From contig WELB01000028.1 of assembly GCA_009602725.1 (NCBI GenBank), positions 771,972 through 834,922 on the forward strand: a stretch of 62,951 nt of DNA, written 5' to 3'. The position numbers and the translations under genes were made by a program. The DNA comes from Spirogloea muscicola (Eukaryota). Positions 36,612 to 53,196 of the stretch are shown in pieces. Under the pieces are notes generated by a model. It was not told the origin of the DNA and did not search any database. It saw only the letters and a list, made by a program, of their open reading frames with translations. How positions within the stretch are numbered: position 1 is the first letter of the stretch; every line of letters starts with the position of its first letter.

Positions 36612-39600
36612 GCGGCCGGCGCGGCCGCCGCTGCTGACGCCGCCGCCGTCGTCGTCGCCGTCTCTCCGCGAGGGCCCCGACGGCCCGCCTCCTCACAAGC
36701 TCGGCTCGGCGGCGAGGCCCGTGGCAAACCCTGCGGCGGCTGCAAGCGGGCCCCACTTGAGAGGAGGAGCGCTCCCCGTGCCTGCGGCTCTGCGGCGCCG
36801 GCGGCGGCGGCCTCCAGCTTTGGCTGCGCTCCTCCCGTTACGGCTGCGCTGCCCTCCGCCTTTGCTCGGAGGCCAGGGCGGGGCAATCCGCGATTGCCGC
36901 ACATCCCGCACAAGCCGGTGGCGCTGGAGGCGGTGCTGGCGACGGCCGGAGGCGCCAAGGCTCTCATGGGCGCGGCCGCGGCGCCGCCTTCCACGGCGCG
37001 CCGGCACCACCACCACCCGCTGCTGAGCCCCGCGGTGCGCTATGGCGCGCTCCTTCGCCTTGCGCTCCCGTCCATGCTGCTCCAGAGCGCGGCGCCCGCC
37101 GCCATCACCGTCCAGACGGCGCTCCTCGGCCACAAGGCGCGGGAGCTCGTCGCCGTCTGGGCCGTTGTCTCCAGTGAGCACCTTCCGCCGTCCCCAAATG
37201 GCTGGCCATGGTGCTGGGCTTGGTGGGCTGCTTCGTTGCATCTGGCTGACTGCTGCAAGTCACGGCGGCTCAGCGTTTCCTGCTCCTTGTGCCGCCGCCT
37301 GCGCTGAGGCGCGTCCTGCCATGTCGTGCTGTGCTCCGCAGCAACCATGAACTCGGCGACCACCGTGTTCAACTTTCTCGTCACGGGCGTGACGGCCAAG
37401 GTATGCCGCCGCGCTTCCGGTCAAGCCGGCTTCCTCGTGCCGCAATGACAAGCCGCAATGGAGCCACATGAGCCTGCCTCGGTCTACGCTTGTCGCTAGC
37501 CGTGCATGCAGTTCTCTGGAGGGGCCATGAGCATGCTCATGATGTCCTCGACTGCCATAGCCAAACCCTTGACAAGCTCTGGTCCTGGGACGCCGAGCTC
37601 GGCAGGTGAGCAAGAGCGTGGGCGCGCGGGCGTGGAGCCACGTGGGGAGCCGCATCCGGCTGGCGCTGCTGTGTGCGGCAGCGGCGGGCTTGCTGGCACT
37701 TGGGCTGCTCGCGGCGGTGCAGCGGCCGGTCTTCGAGCTCTTTGGCGTCCACGGCGACGTGCGGCGGCCTGCGTCGCAGTACTACGTCCTGCGCATGGCC
37801 GGCCTGCCCTTCCAGCTCCTTGCCATGTCCACCACCGGCATCCTTCAGGGCTACAAGGTTAGCGGAATGCCGCCGCTGCCGCCGCTGTCATCGTCGCCGC
37901 TCGCCAGCTCCTAGCCCATGGCTGGCCAGTGTGCAGCTTAGCTCACAGCCCGCTGCTGCCACTGGAACTGCGTGTGCAGCGCGTGTACGTCGTGGCGGGG
38001 TTGAACATTGCGCGGCTGTGCCTGGACGTGCTCGGCAGCTACTTCGCGCTCTTCGTCCTCGACCTCGGCATTTGGGGCGTCGGCGTGTCGAACCTTGTTG
38101 CACCGGCTGCAGCGGCTGCCGCCGGCTTGGCGCTCATCCTCAACTTCCCACCCGAGGACGGCCAGGGCAAGATCATCGTCTTCCCCCGGCCTGCCTCTGC
38201 GCCCACGCCGGACCCGTCGCTCCATGGCGGAGCCGGCGACCGTAAGTCGCTGCCGCTGCTGCACCAATGCGAGGAGGGCGGCGGCAGCGTCGGCAGCTTC
38301 AGACGGGGACGCGAGGGCCTGCCAGACGTCGCCTCCAAGGCGATGCTCGTCAGCTCCTTATCCGGCCGCTATGAGGGTGCCGATGGCGGGAACGGTGCCA
38401 GCGTTGACGACTACGAGAAGGGGCCGTGGGAGTTCATCTGGGACGGCCTGAGCACCATCGTGCGCAGCGGCGTTGTTCAGGTGCCACAATCTCAGCAGCT
38501 GTCGCCCAGAGCGCCAACATTCCATGGCTGCTGATTGTTGCCCTCTGCTGCCATTGAAGCCAATGTCTGCCTTGACTGATTGCCAATTATAGGGCCGATT
38601 ACGATTTTCTGCAGGCATCATTCTTTATGTCGCTGGTGGTCGCGTCGCGGCTGGGCCTGGACGCGGTAGCGGCACATCAGGTGGTGTACCAGCTCTGGCT
38701 CATCACAGTGTATGTCGCGGACGGATTCGCCACGGCGGGCACGATCGTAGGTTCGGACCTGGCAGGCCAGATGGACCGATCGCAGAACGCTGAGGAGCAG
38801 GCGCTGCACCTGCGCGAGCTCCGCATGGTCGCTCATCGCGTCCTCCTCATGGGCACCTGCTTTGGTGTGCCTCCTCGCTGCCACTTGGATGGTGTCTCTG
38901 CTGTACAGTCTTCCACGCCAAGTTCATAGTCATCGGGTCCTGGTTGCCGTGCATCTCTGGCTCCCTCTCCGTAGCTTGTGGCGCTGACCGTAGCATCTTA
39001 CTGAGGTTCGCCGCCGTCTTGCGCTTGCAGGCCTGTTCATGTGCGGTGCATCGTTGCTATTCCGAGAGCAGGTCATTGGACTGTTCACGATAGACCCGGC
39101 AACCAAGGTGCAGCTGCGTGCCATCTGGCCGTACCTCGCCTTCGCCCACCCTCTCAATGCCCTGGTGAGGTCTCATGCCAGCATCACAGCTGCCGCATAT
39201 GTCAGGCGCTTACGACCATGACCATGTTGTTGGTAATTCTGCGGGGCAAAACTTGCTGCGTGGCAAAGCTGCAAAGCTGCACTCTGTCCTTGTCAAATTG
39301 CTCAGTGCTCGTCGCTGATGCTGGCATAGCCCTGTGCAGGTTTTTGTGTACGACGGGCTCATTTATGCGGCGCAGGCATTCGCGTACATGGCCGTCTGCG
39401 TTTCTCTCGGCTTTGCTTTCCTCTTCCTGCCTGTGCTCGGTGCACCCTCTCTCATTGCCGGCTCTTTGAAACAGCTGGCTGCACTTGCGCCGACCCCCTT
39501 GCATGCCTAGCGTGCTTGTAGGTCCCACACTTCTCACTTCGTACGTGCATCCAAAAAGTCAGACGCCAACGCCCAGTACCTTAGGTGCCTATGGCACTGT

Positions 39601-39951
39601 TGTCCCACACCTAGTACTTGGTGGTTTGTCTATGCTAGCTGCTTGGTTGTGTAAGGTATGCATACATCTTGCCATCACTGGTGAATCTTCTTTGCCTCAA
39701 AGCGCTCCTTCTACCATGCTTGTCTTGCAGGTGCTGCGCACTTCTACTTCCACACTCTCATCTCAGTGTGGGCGTCCAAGGTTGTCCTCAACCTCGTGCG
39801 GCTCTCCGCATGCGTCTACAAAATTCACTTCTCATTCCTCTGCCCACCACCGCTGCTGCAATCAGTTGTCGTTGATTCCTCCGTGCTCGATCACCACGCG
39901 CAAATGCTGGATCACTCTGAGGATGACGCCGAAGACGAGGGGCGGACATGA
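36612..39951 (+). CDS. MATE (DinF/DTX-type) efflux transporter, probably organelle-targeted; 5' end lies in the gap
   Basis: Contains LRLALPSMLLQSAAPAAITVQTALLGH, VFNFLVTGVTAK, GILQGYK, LDAVAAHQVVYQLWLITVYVADGFATAG and HPLNAL|VFVYDGLIYAAQAFAY. The frame is open back to the gap with an Ala/Arg/Ser-rich, transit-like N-terminus. Stop at 39949-39951. Confidence 0.88.
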
Positions 39952-40509
39952 CTGCAGGCAGAGTGGTCAGTCATCTTAGCTGTGCAAAGTCCAGGCCCGC
40001 AGGCTTGTTCGTGGCATTTTTGTGTTAAGCAGTACAGTATGTAGGATTCAGAATATTTTCAATTCGTAGTTGAAGCCGGCAAAGCGGATGGATAAAGCGG
40101 ATGGATGCGTGCTGCTCTAGCCTGCTCCGGCGTCTGTAATAGCAAGGCATCATATGTGAAAGTTGGACGTGGACACTGAAAGCTCACTCCAGACTGTCTG
40201 TGGAGTACTTGGTATATGAGCTAGCAGTGTGAACGAGTGAGGTCGCAGTACCAGAAGCAGCTCCACTACTTAATATGTCACTTCTGCAAGGACTGCAGAC
40301 TGCAAGCCGGACAAGGCCAGAGACCAACAGAAGTGTCTTGCATGTCAAAACTGGTCTGCGACAATGGCCTTGCTTTGCAATGCTGCCTATCTTGTCGCCT
40401 GCTTGCGTTTGGTCAGCGGATCAATGAGGACCTTCTCGTGTGAGTCTTTATGAGATTACTAAGGGCTCTGAAAGTAAACTCCAGGCTGATCACTCAGCAT
40501 GCCCCTCAC

Positions 40510-43209
<2,700 letters not shown>

Positions 43210-43776
43210 CNCGCCGCCGCCGCCGCCGCCGCGGCGGCCGCCATGCAAGCCGCGCGCCCGGGGCCCGGGCAAGCCTGGACACCCCAGGTGTGGCCCGACG
43301 GTTGCCGGAAGCAGCCGATTATCCCACCAATTCGATTTATCCATATGGATGTTGAGCGGGCAGTATGTGTGACTGGCGCACGACTGTGTACGTGCATCAT
43401 CTAGCATGGCCGCCGCGGGCTCCGCCGCAACAACTCTCTCTTCGTTGTCGCCGCCTGCAGCCGTCCCGACGAGGAGGAGCGGCGTCACACGGCCTGCAAG
43501 GCTTCCCCTGCGCCGCACTCCGCGTCGCCGCAGTCGGTCGGCAACTCCATCAGCCACCGCCCAAAACTTCGTCAGCCACCATCCGACCTCATTCACGTCA
43601 CTCGCCATTGCCTGTCATCTCGTGTGCCGCGGAAGTCCGTCGGCCGCGCTGCTCCCAGTAGCCTCCTCTGTCGACCTGTCTATGGCCTTCTGAGAGAAGG
43701 CGCGCGGTGCGCATGAAATTGAAAGGGAGGCCAATTCAAGCCTTACAAATGACCTGTCAACTGGGTAATGAGCTGG

Positions 43777-44500
43777 CTAAGGGGGACACTTATATCCCCG
43801 AGTGAGCACATGCATATCTGACAAGCTAAGCTGAGGCGCCAAACCACCACCACGGAAGCCATTAGCCTGTGCTAATGCACGACCAGCACGCTGGTGTATC
43901 GCACGTGCCTGGGAGCGCTGTAGACCCAATGATAGCCGCATTCTATAGCATGCAACGATGGCTTGCGGGACGCTAGAATGCCCCAAGCTACCCGCCCGAC
44001 TACATCGGCGGGCATCGACATGCAGTGCCAAGCGATGGAGGAGGGAAGACCACTTCGTTCCGTAGCCGCTGTAGGTGTCCATGGCGCATGGGAAGAAGTG
44101 GTCGCCCCGGGGGTGGTCATTGTAGTGCCTCTCCTTCTTCCTCTCCGCATGATGTGTCGCCCAACCTGGCACAGTCGGTGTGGGTCTGAGGCTCCAATGT
44201 ACCATCTGTCCGCTGTGCAGAAACGCTGTGCTGCAGCAAGGTGTAAATATCCAGTACTGGCCTGCTCGAGCTTGTCGTCGAGGTTTTGTGTGCCACCGCC
44301 AGACTTCTTGCCTTCTGCAGCCTTTATTTGGTAGTTGGACTTGCAAGCACCGATGCAGATTGCCACCCCCCAGGCTTCAGGCTCACATCTCAGCACTTCC
44401 CTACATTGCCAAGCTTGATAGTTGCATGCTTTGACAGGCCTGGCCGTCTTGGCAGCGTAGACTATGATGGACAAATGGAGGGACGCCCACAAATGGAGGG
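43777..44500 (-). mobile_element. Frameshifted RLE endonuclease region of a CRE-like retroelement
   Basis: Reads PGWATHHAERKKERHYNDHPRGDHFFPCAMDTYSGYGTKWSSLLHRL...YRMRLSLGLQRSQARAIHQRAGRALA...LSDMHVLTRGY. This fits the AExxKxxxY...FxPxAxxTxG...LSxxLQR pattern of RLE domains. Confidence 0.85.
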
Positions 44501-44502
44501 CA

Positions 44503-44835
44503 GCTAGTCTGTCGGATTTGAGGCTCCTCACTCATAAGTACCGAGTGATTCACCCTCCCCCGTTCTGACATAGCATCTTCAGGCCCCTTAGGCTTCGTTT
44601 CTTTCTAGTGTTTGTTGTTCTTCTTACTTCCCCTGGCCCCTTCTCGTCCTTTGTTCTTCTTTTCTGGGCTGGCTTTTTCCAGCCCCTATCCTCAATGGGC
44701 GAGCTCTTCTCCCTTAGTAGCTGCTTAGCGCTTTTCAGGCCCCTCCATCATTCGGCCCCTTCGATACTTTGTCAATTAATATTTCGGGCTGACTTTTCAC
44801 AGCTCTTGCCCCCACTGAGAGTGCCACTTTCTTTC
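44503..44835 (+). mobile_element. Tandem short 3' ends of the RLE element family (types II and I)
   Basis: Reads ASLSDLRLLTHKY, then gagtgattcaccctcccccgttctg, then hairpin modules at ~44666 and ~44786 that end in gagctcttct and gtgccactttctttc. Confidence 0.8.
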
Positions 44836-45639
44836 AGTTGATACAATAGGTGGGAAGGGTCCTAAAAGTCTTTGAAAAACCATGTCGCTACTCTTGCATG
44901 TCACAAAACGCTATCAGCTCGTCACCTTGGCTTTTTACAGCAAGTGCGCCTGCTAAATAGCAGGCAAGTGTGTGCCAACTGACTTATCACTAAGGCAAAT
45001 GCTTACAGATGCCGCACAAGGTCTGGGGTCTAAAAATTATGGTTCAGCATGCCGTAGACATGACCAGTGCCCTCAGTGCAATCTTACTGTTACGAAGCTG
45101 CACTGCTCACCTTTGTACTGCTGCACGTCCACGAGTTTCATGAACGAGATGCCGCATGTAGAGGCTATCGACAAGCATTTACTTTGGCGACCTCCTCAGC
45201 ACCTTCAACCTTTTGTGCAAACTTTCTCGAGGCGTATCTCATGAAGAGTCAATCAGGCGCTTTGCTAACTTGCAAGCAGTATTCTCACCAAGAGCAATCA
45301 GTAGCCTTCACTGAAGCATGACAGTGCTGATTGGAACACCCCAACAGCTTGGCATGCATCAATCATGATATGCATGACCCAATGCTGGTTGTGACTGGCA
45401 GATCCCCATGCATCACAAGAGCGTGCAGAAGATGTTTAATACTCTGCTACTATATGCGACCAGTAATATGACGCGTTCACCAGCAAAGAATGCGGGGCAA
45501 GAAATGCTTGCAGGAGGGCATCTGAGGTTGCGAGCCACATTCACAGGTTTTTGATATGGGTCTCAGATTGGTGATTGCAGAGGGAAGAGAGGCCAAAGCA
45601 GGGGCCTGAATACCCCCAGTACTTTCTTCAGACGAGTCA

Positions 45640-48600
45640 TCATTTGTCTCTGAGCTCGATGAGCTGCTGGACGACAGATGGGTCTGCTAGCGTGCTCGTG
45701 TCACCTACCAGGCAGCAAAGATGCAAGATGTCAGAAACAAGGGAGCTGCATTTTCACCCATCTATTATGGTAGTGCACAGTTGACAGGGTCACTCTAAGT
45801 ATGTCGAAATGGTAAGCAAGACGGCCAATCTTACCCAATGAGTCTAATTCATTCGATGCCAGCTTCCGCAGAATCCGCCGCATAATCTTCCCCGACCTCT
45901 GTGGGACGGGAGGGAGGCAAGAAGTGACTCAAGCATCACTGAGGGCAAAGCAATTAACAACATCATGGACTCTCTGTTGCTGATGTAAGTCTGATACAAG
46001 CTACTGATATATACTTACATACAGGAAGCAATGAAAAAGTTGATGTGTGCAGATCTGCAAACTACCTAGCTAGAAACCCTGCTGGCAATTGATAGGGGGT
46101 TGTATAGAGAGTCTTACTGTCTTTGGCAAGCCTGGAGCCCAGTGGATGACATCTGGGGTGGCAAATGCTCCAATGTGATGTCTCACCGACTGCCGGAGAG
46201 CTGCTTTGATGTTGTTGCTGGGCTCAACCCTACAGTATAACAACCCAACATCAGTGGTTGTTCAAAGATTGAAGTTGTAGCTTTGCTTCTATGGGTAGAA
46301 GCCCATTAGTTGCTTGTCTACTCCCAGAATTCAGTCTGACACTCCATGTACCTCATCTCTGCCTGCTATCATCAGCACCAAGTATGTTACTGGACCCTAC
46401 CCCTCCATGAGAGTAACAAAAGCATAGATTCCCTGGCCTTTGATGGGGTGCTCGTAACCCACCACAGCTGCCTGCATTGCCGGGCAATAGCACTTATAAA
46501 ATATGACATAGTAGTCTTGATTCATGACTGGCTTAACCTCAATTCCTGATACATAAATGCCCGCTTGGGCGCATTCAGATAGGAACTTACCCATCGGAAT
46601 GTGCAATGTTGCAGGTAATGTACAACAAGCAGAAACACTGATGAGAATTGTCAAATGACATCCAATCTGCTTTTACCTCTGCACATGATTCGTGACCAAC
46701 AAGGGCGCTCTCCACTTCGGCAGTCCCAATGCGGTGGCCACTGAGCAGAAGCAAACGGCTAACTAGTTAATACTGGAATCTATGGCAAGTGCACTCACTA
46801 CCACGATCGGTGCACATTTCAGACAGATGAGAAGAGTCTCATATATACCTGACATTTATCACGTCATCAACTCGGCCAGTTAACCAATAGTAGCCATCGC
46901 TATCTCGTCTACAACCGTCCCCAGTGAAATAGTATCCCTACTTGACATCAGCAAAAACTGCTGGGGAGGTCAGTGTCACTTCAGCTGTTCTCAGTCCTGT
47001 GAGGTCATAACCTGAGGCACTTGGTCAAGAATCTGGAGTCAGAGGGCTGATAGCCCCTTTGTCTGCGTTGAAGAGAGTAATAATACACTTCTTTGACGGG
47101 TCTGTTTTGTATCTATACTTTGAATGCCGCAAAGTAAGTTGCCTCAAAACGCGCGTGATCTCCACGGACAGTCCGCATGCAGCTTGGCCACGCCCTTTTG
47201 ATGACAAGATATCCACTGCAAGGCCCCTGAAGAGGTGCAAAAGCACAAGCATTTAGCATGCACACTGTGCAAGGACACAACTAGAGTGACACTGAAGGAA
47301 TGATTGAGAATCAGTGCAGGATGCAACTGAGACTACTCTTCGAAGCACTGATGTCAATGGCAGCAGTGTATAAGCAGTGTATGATCGTTCCGGTTGAAGT
47401 CCCTCGTTGACACGACATCATGTGGGCTTACATCAAGCTCCTTGCCATTCTCGTCAAGGACTGCTGGTTCAACTCCAAAAAATGGCAGCGTAGCTGAGCC
47501 TGGCTTCAGCGGCCAAGCTCCAGGGAGCGGTGTGATCTGTTGCCAGCTCGGAGTTGGGTCAAGGCATCTGCTATTTGATTGCCTTCTCAAGAAAGATCAA
47601 TGCTGGAATGATGTTGCCTCTGCAGGTAAAGTGAAAAGCTAGTGATATCAAATAAAGTAAAGCTAGGGTCCTGGTAAATTCCTTCAGGTTATTGCAGCAG
47701 TGGTGGGACTAGCATGCACACCATGATACCGCCTGTCTCTGTTTGCCACCATGTGTCAACAATTGGACACCTTGTCCTGCCTATCACAGTGTGATACCAC
47801 CTGCCCCGAAATCATGTCACGCAGTCAATGTACTGTGTTAGTAAGCAAGAGCAGTGAGCCATGAGGATGTAAATGTTATGGGTATTTATGAAAGCTCAAC
47901 GTGGATAATCACCAATCTACAACCTCAAAGGTAAATGAGCACCAAGTGCTCCCGAGAGAAAGTGCTGTAATAAAGCAGGAAAGTATTGAAGCGGTTAAGC
48001 AGCAGTAGCTGCCTTTGGATCACCTCCATGCTTCGGGGTTGATAGGCTCGCCAACACTTCCCAGAAGCCTCAAGGATGATAGAGAATACTTCAGAGGATA
48101 CTGCAGCATGCACATAAGCATGTAAGACAGCCAAAATTAAGATGTCAGTGCTTGGTGACAATGCATGCATAGTTTAGCAGGTCATGATCATTTACCACTA
48201 AGCTACACAGGGTGACTTTGTCGCATCACGAATATAAGATAATGCATGTCCAAGGAGTACTGTCCACCTCATCTCCACACCGCATGAGCGCCCGTATAGC
48301 AGTGGGAGCTGTGTAGAAGACAGTGACTTTGTACCTGCGGGAAATCCCCGGGTCAAAACGGTTGGACAAATTCAGCATTTTACCCTCAGTCTGCTTACAG
48401 GGAAAACACATAGCCTGCGCCAAAAGTACTGTATCTATTAGACATTGAGTAATGAGCTGGCTAGAAGAGTGCATCACTGACTTATCAATAATCTCCCAAC
48501 AGCGTCCAGCATCTGGGTGGGTTGGTACACCCTCAAAGACCACAACTGTGGCTCCATTTAGAAGCGGACCATAAGTCAGGTAGCTGTGGCCAGTGATCCA

Positions 48601-51295
48601 CCCACAGTCTGCTGTGCACCTACAACCAGTGCAGTGGTGTTTGACTCGATTTGAAGCAGCTGTAGCCCCATGCCATGTGGAGAAAATCTGCTGATTTTGA
48701 TCATTGGCTGGACCAGAAGGTGGAGAACAGATGGCTTTTGAGCTTTCTGTCGATCGCAAGGCTGAAGCAAACATCACACGAAGTTGCGTACCAGAATATG
48801 TCATCGTCGTGGTAATCAAATATGTACTTGTAGGTGGTAGCAGTGCCAACCATGTACCCAGCTGTGCTGTGTTGTACCCCTTTTGGCTTGCCAGTGCTCC
48901 CAGATGTATACAGCATAAATAGCGGAGCCTCAGCATCCATCCATTCCACCTGCACGAAACTCGACAACATCCGCATTAAAGTAAGGGAGGGGCTTACATA
49001 GTGCACTGTGGCCAGTACGCAGCATGTGTTGCCCTGCACATACTGTTAGTCTGCTCATGACCATATTCTGATCCTGCCTGCTTCACCAATAGCAGGACGG
49101 AAGAGCACCGGGGAAGAGATAGCAGAGCCATCTCACAAACGTAAAGCAAATTCCTCATTTTGCTGTAGCTTGACTCAGTCACAGTGGCATGTTTGGGCAG
49201 TGAAGATAGCTTGTGCTCAAAGAGTGTCAACTGACAGGACATGTAGATTCTTGAGCTTCCACGGCATCTTGCCACCAGATATCACGTCCTTCTACCCAAG
49301 GGATTTCCGTCCCCTGCAGCTCATGTTGAATGCACAATGATGTCAAAATACTTAGTGTTGCAGTGTGCTTGGACACATGCAGGAGAACAGTGATGCGACA
49401 ACACTCGTTCGCATCATTTAGCATGTACGAGCAAGCACGAAAATAGGAATAGTGCAGGCGGTTGTTCACCTCCACAGCTAGCTTGTTGTCATATACAAGC
49501 ACCGTCTGGACCTCAAAATTTTCCTTCTTGCAAAGGTCTATGGCATCGTCAACCTGGAAAATGCCAACAGCGAGACTATCACCAGCTAAGTGGGTGATAT
49601 GTGAAGCTGGTTATGCCAATCAGTCCACGTGTGTGGCCATCAAGTATAGTCATCCTCAGAGTATGGTTTACTCTTATTGACCAGCTTCTGATCTTTGAGG
49701 TTATGGTAATATTTGTGTCTGTGTGTTGAATTGATGACTACTGCAACCAATCTACAAGAAAAGTGTTCTGATGCAGCAAGGGCAGCTTCAGCTAGAGGAG
49801 GCCCTTACAATACTCTTCAGTCCTATAAGCTTCGTCCCTCGCATTACGGCCGTTGCAGATAGCAGCACTTTTGATCCCGAGTCTTGCAACCTGCCGGCCA
49901 GTGACTCGGCAGAGAAGCCGGCAAAGACAACCGAATGCACAGCCCCAATCCGTGCACAGGCTAGCATTGCTAGCTCCACAAGGCCGGAGGATGACAAGGA
50001 GGTGGTGTTAGGCTTCTAGTGTGATGCATTTGGTGAGGCCAAATTTTTACATCCTCTAGGAATGTGGACATACAGCACAGTTATGCCTTTGCATGAGTGA
50101 GGCATGAGAGCATCCAAGAAAGTCAATGACTAGATTGCACATGTATACTGCAATGGAGCTCCAATATCAGCAAATTAATAGTTGACACTGACCTGCTGGA
50201 AGTTCTGGAACCATTGGCAAGTATATGCTGACTGTGTCCCCTCTTGCAACTTTGATACTCTTCAGGTAGTTGGCAATTCTGCAAACCTGAGACAGGCGGT
50301 GTTGAAGGTCATTGACAAGTTGATTCAAGCTTCACAAGAAGTATCACTCCTCCTTGCAGTACGTAGGTTTCTCTTTAGTGCCCGTACCTCGTCGAGGAGT
50401 TCTTTGTAGGTCCAGCTGCCGCTTATTCCAATGTCGTTGCCTTCCCAAATAAAGGCCACCTTGTCTCCGCGGCCTGCCTTTACGTGCCTATCGACAGCAT
50501 TGTAGCATATATTTGTCTCAGCACCTATGAACCACTTTATGTCCACGGGCCCCTTGCTCGAGTCAAAATTGTAGGACGTGAATGGTTCCTGCAAATAAGA
50601 AACGGAGCCAATGAGTTTACCGCTGACGGATGGAAGACCAGTTTGTGATGACTTGTGCTCCTGCTCCCCTGCTTGTCTGCTGTGCCTTCAGACTATGGCC
50701 AGTATGATTGGCCTTGACGAGTATATTTCTCAGGTGAGCGTCCTGCTGCCGTATGTGCTCACTTGTGCATTGCAAGGCTACTCAACTTGACATCCATTCA
50801 AGCGGGACTGCCTGATTAGCAGGTAAGACCTTCAGCCTGCAGTCATACTTGGTGAGGTTGCACGAGACACATTATCTGGACAACACCGACGCCTGAAAGG
50901 CTCTTCCGGTTGATGTACTTCTGAATGATTAGCTGCATTTGCGAAGGCCTTGTTGCCAGGCGTAGCTTAGGAGACGGAAGGCTGTGGATCACGCACGTCT
51001 TCATTGCCAGCCGTGCAGCTGGTGCGCTCAGGCAGGCGGCAGGCCGCGCGGGTGAGCGCACCTCCCAGCTCTTCTCCCAGTGGAAGTCCGCGGCGACGTC
51101 GCCCCAGAAGCCCGCGGGGTCCTCAAGGGACCGCTGGTACATGGCGTCGTACAGCTGGCACGAGCCGACGAGCGCGCGGTCGGCGAAGGCCTTGGGAGGC
51201 GGGAACAGGCGCGCGACCTCGGCGGCGGCCTGCGCGGCGGCGGCGGTGTCGAAGTCCATGAGCTCGCCGGCGTCGTCTGGCGCCGCCGCCGCCAT
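45640..51295 (-). CDS. ACS: Acetyl-CoA synthetase (AMP-forming)
   Basis: Contains [124 protein letters not shown] and [11 protein letters not shown]. Stop at 45642-45640. Confidence 0.96.
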
Positions 51296-51438
51296 GGCGG
51301 CCGCCTCGGCCGGCGCCGCCGGGGCGGGACGGCCAGAGCTCGCGCTGCCAACTGGCCGGGGGGGGGGGGCGGCCGTTACGGATCCGCTTCACGCGCGCAC
51401 GCTACGGCGCGGGCCGAGACGGTGCCCCCCTTTGGTTT

Positions 51439-51476
51439 TGGGCCTTTCGAACGGGCGTCTGGGCTCCCAGTGGGCC
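51439..51476. promoter_or_regulatory. Three clustered TGGGCY (site II-like) motifs in the ACS upstream region
   Basis: TGGGCC at 51439, TGGGCT at 51460 and TGGGCC at 51471, ~145-180 bp upstream of the ATG. Site II is a known plant promoter element, but function here is untested. Confidence 0.4.
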
Positions 51477-51653
51477 TCCAGTGCGTCGCTTGCACTGCAG
51501 GCCCGTCCTGCGTGGCTGCAAGCCCACTTGTCCGCGAGGCATTGGCACAAGCGGATCCGGGAACCCTCGGTCCGCGGCCGTCGTGGCAGGGGTCCAGCCT
51601 GAGTGGTCTAGCTTCGGAAGAACTGGACTGGAAGCTATTCTTATATGATGGAA

Positions 51654-52322
51654 GTGGACATTGTCCATTCTTTTTGGGCTGGCTTTGCCAGTCCCTCTTC
51701 TCCACGGGCGAGCACTCTCTCCCAATGGAGGCAATAGAACAAGCGCGGCCAGATTAACTGGTGGCTGGGAGAGGTCAGCCCAAAAGATTGGACAAGGTCT
51801 GTAGGAGTCGGAGTGCTAAGGACTGAGACAGCAGTAAGCGAACACTCAGTAACCTCTCGTCAGTAGATGCAAATCTGAGTAGCTAGCAGGCGGAAAGACG
51901 TCGCCCTGTCGGAAGCCGGAGGCCGCCGTCAGAGGCAATAGCTGTGATAAGCCAGCCCGAAACAAATTGACACGGTTCGAAGGGCCAGACTAAGAAGGGG
52001 CCAGAAGCGCTGACTCGGAATGGGGGAGGATGTACCACTCAATAATAACGAGTGAGGAGCCGCATATCCGACAGACTAGCTGGCGGAAGACAATCCCCCA
52101 TCTAAACAAGGGGGCAATGGCTGTGAAAGGAAAAGTCAGCTCAGCCAAAGGTGGCGAGGGTTGTCACCGAATGTGCTGTTATTTGGAAGCGCTGTTATTT
52201 GGAAGCGCTGTTGTCTCAAAGAAAGAAAAGCCAGCCCGAAGAAGATGTCAGAGTTCAAAGGGGTCGGGAAAAAGAACGACAGCTCTTTTAATGGCTGTGA
52301 GAGGGCAGCCCAAACGAATGTA
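51654..52322. mobile_element. Cluster of short RLE-element 3' ends in both orientations
   Basis: A plus-strand module lies at 51655-51715. Minus-strand peptides are PLTAASGFRQGDVFPPASYSDLHLLTRGY* (stop 51846) and GDCLPPASLSDMRLLTRYY* (stop 52039). Hairpin modules occur at ~51763, 51941, 52228 and 52293. Confidence 0.82.
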
Positions 52323-53196
52323 TAAAACCGCTAAAAGACACACGTGAGCAAGTACAAGTGTGTCAGGGCAGACAGTCAGCTTGTTGCAAAGACTTGATTT
52401 GCAGCGCATGAAAATCTCTCCTTTTGACACACGTGTACCAGCAGCATGACCCCTGCTAGAGAGAAGAGCCTCCTTGAGAGAGCTTGACACCTCCAAGATA
52501 CTTCCAGCCTGCAGCAAAAGTCGAAGATGCACTTAGCTATGCACCTTGCATTTGGCACCACAGCTAAGTACTTCCAGGGGCATGATAAGAGACCGCACCA
52601 CACGCTGGGATGTTAGGACCTACTTGATCCAGTGTGGCACGCACTACATGCGCCTACAATCTATTTTGCCGGCATATAGTCCGAGGCCTGGATCTCTCTG
52701 ACAACCATTTCTTAATAAATCTTGGAGCGTGGTGATGGAGCTTGCTCGCCTGATGCTTTAGATGGTAGAGAGGCTCCTTAGATGAGTGACCAAGTTTTAA
52801 AGCCATGTTGTCTAGCCCTTTGCGCTCATATCCCCTGAGATGACAGTATGCAGATATGCAGATATGGAGAGTCATATCTGTGTCAAGTGGTATATGCACT
52901 CTCTCTGCAATCAGCAGTGGAAAGAGTCAATAATTGGCAATTCAGCACACTGGTGAGACAGATCATTATATAAGCAGAAGGCTGACCAAAAGGGCACAAC
53001 TAAGCACCAACACAAGTACAGCGTACAGAAGGCTGATTATAGCACAGCAGCACTGAGTTGCATGTCAAGCAAACATGTGAAATGGCCTCTTGTTTAGTCA
53101 ATCAAGGTGCAAGGCAAGTGACAGGAAAGACTTTCCAAAATTTTGGATGCATTGGCTGTGTACCAAGTCGATTTAGGCTGACTTGAGGTCCATAGG

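Noticed and set aside
52178..52213. Short tandem duplications (16-mer here; also ~3669, ~17967, ~26653, ~40081) and the gacaagacct direct repeat at ~28093-28140
   Set aside because: These look like ordinary slippage or repair-type duplications with no shared sequence or pattern.
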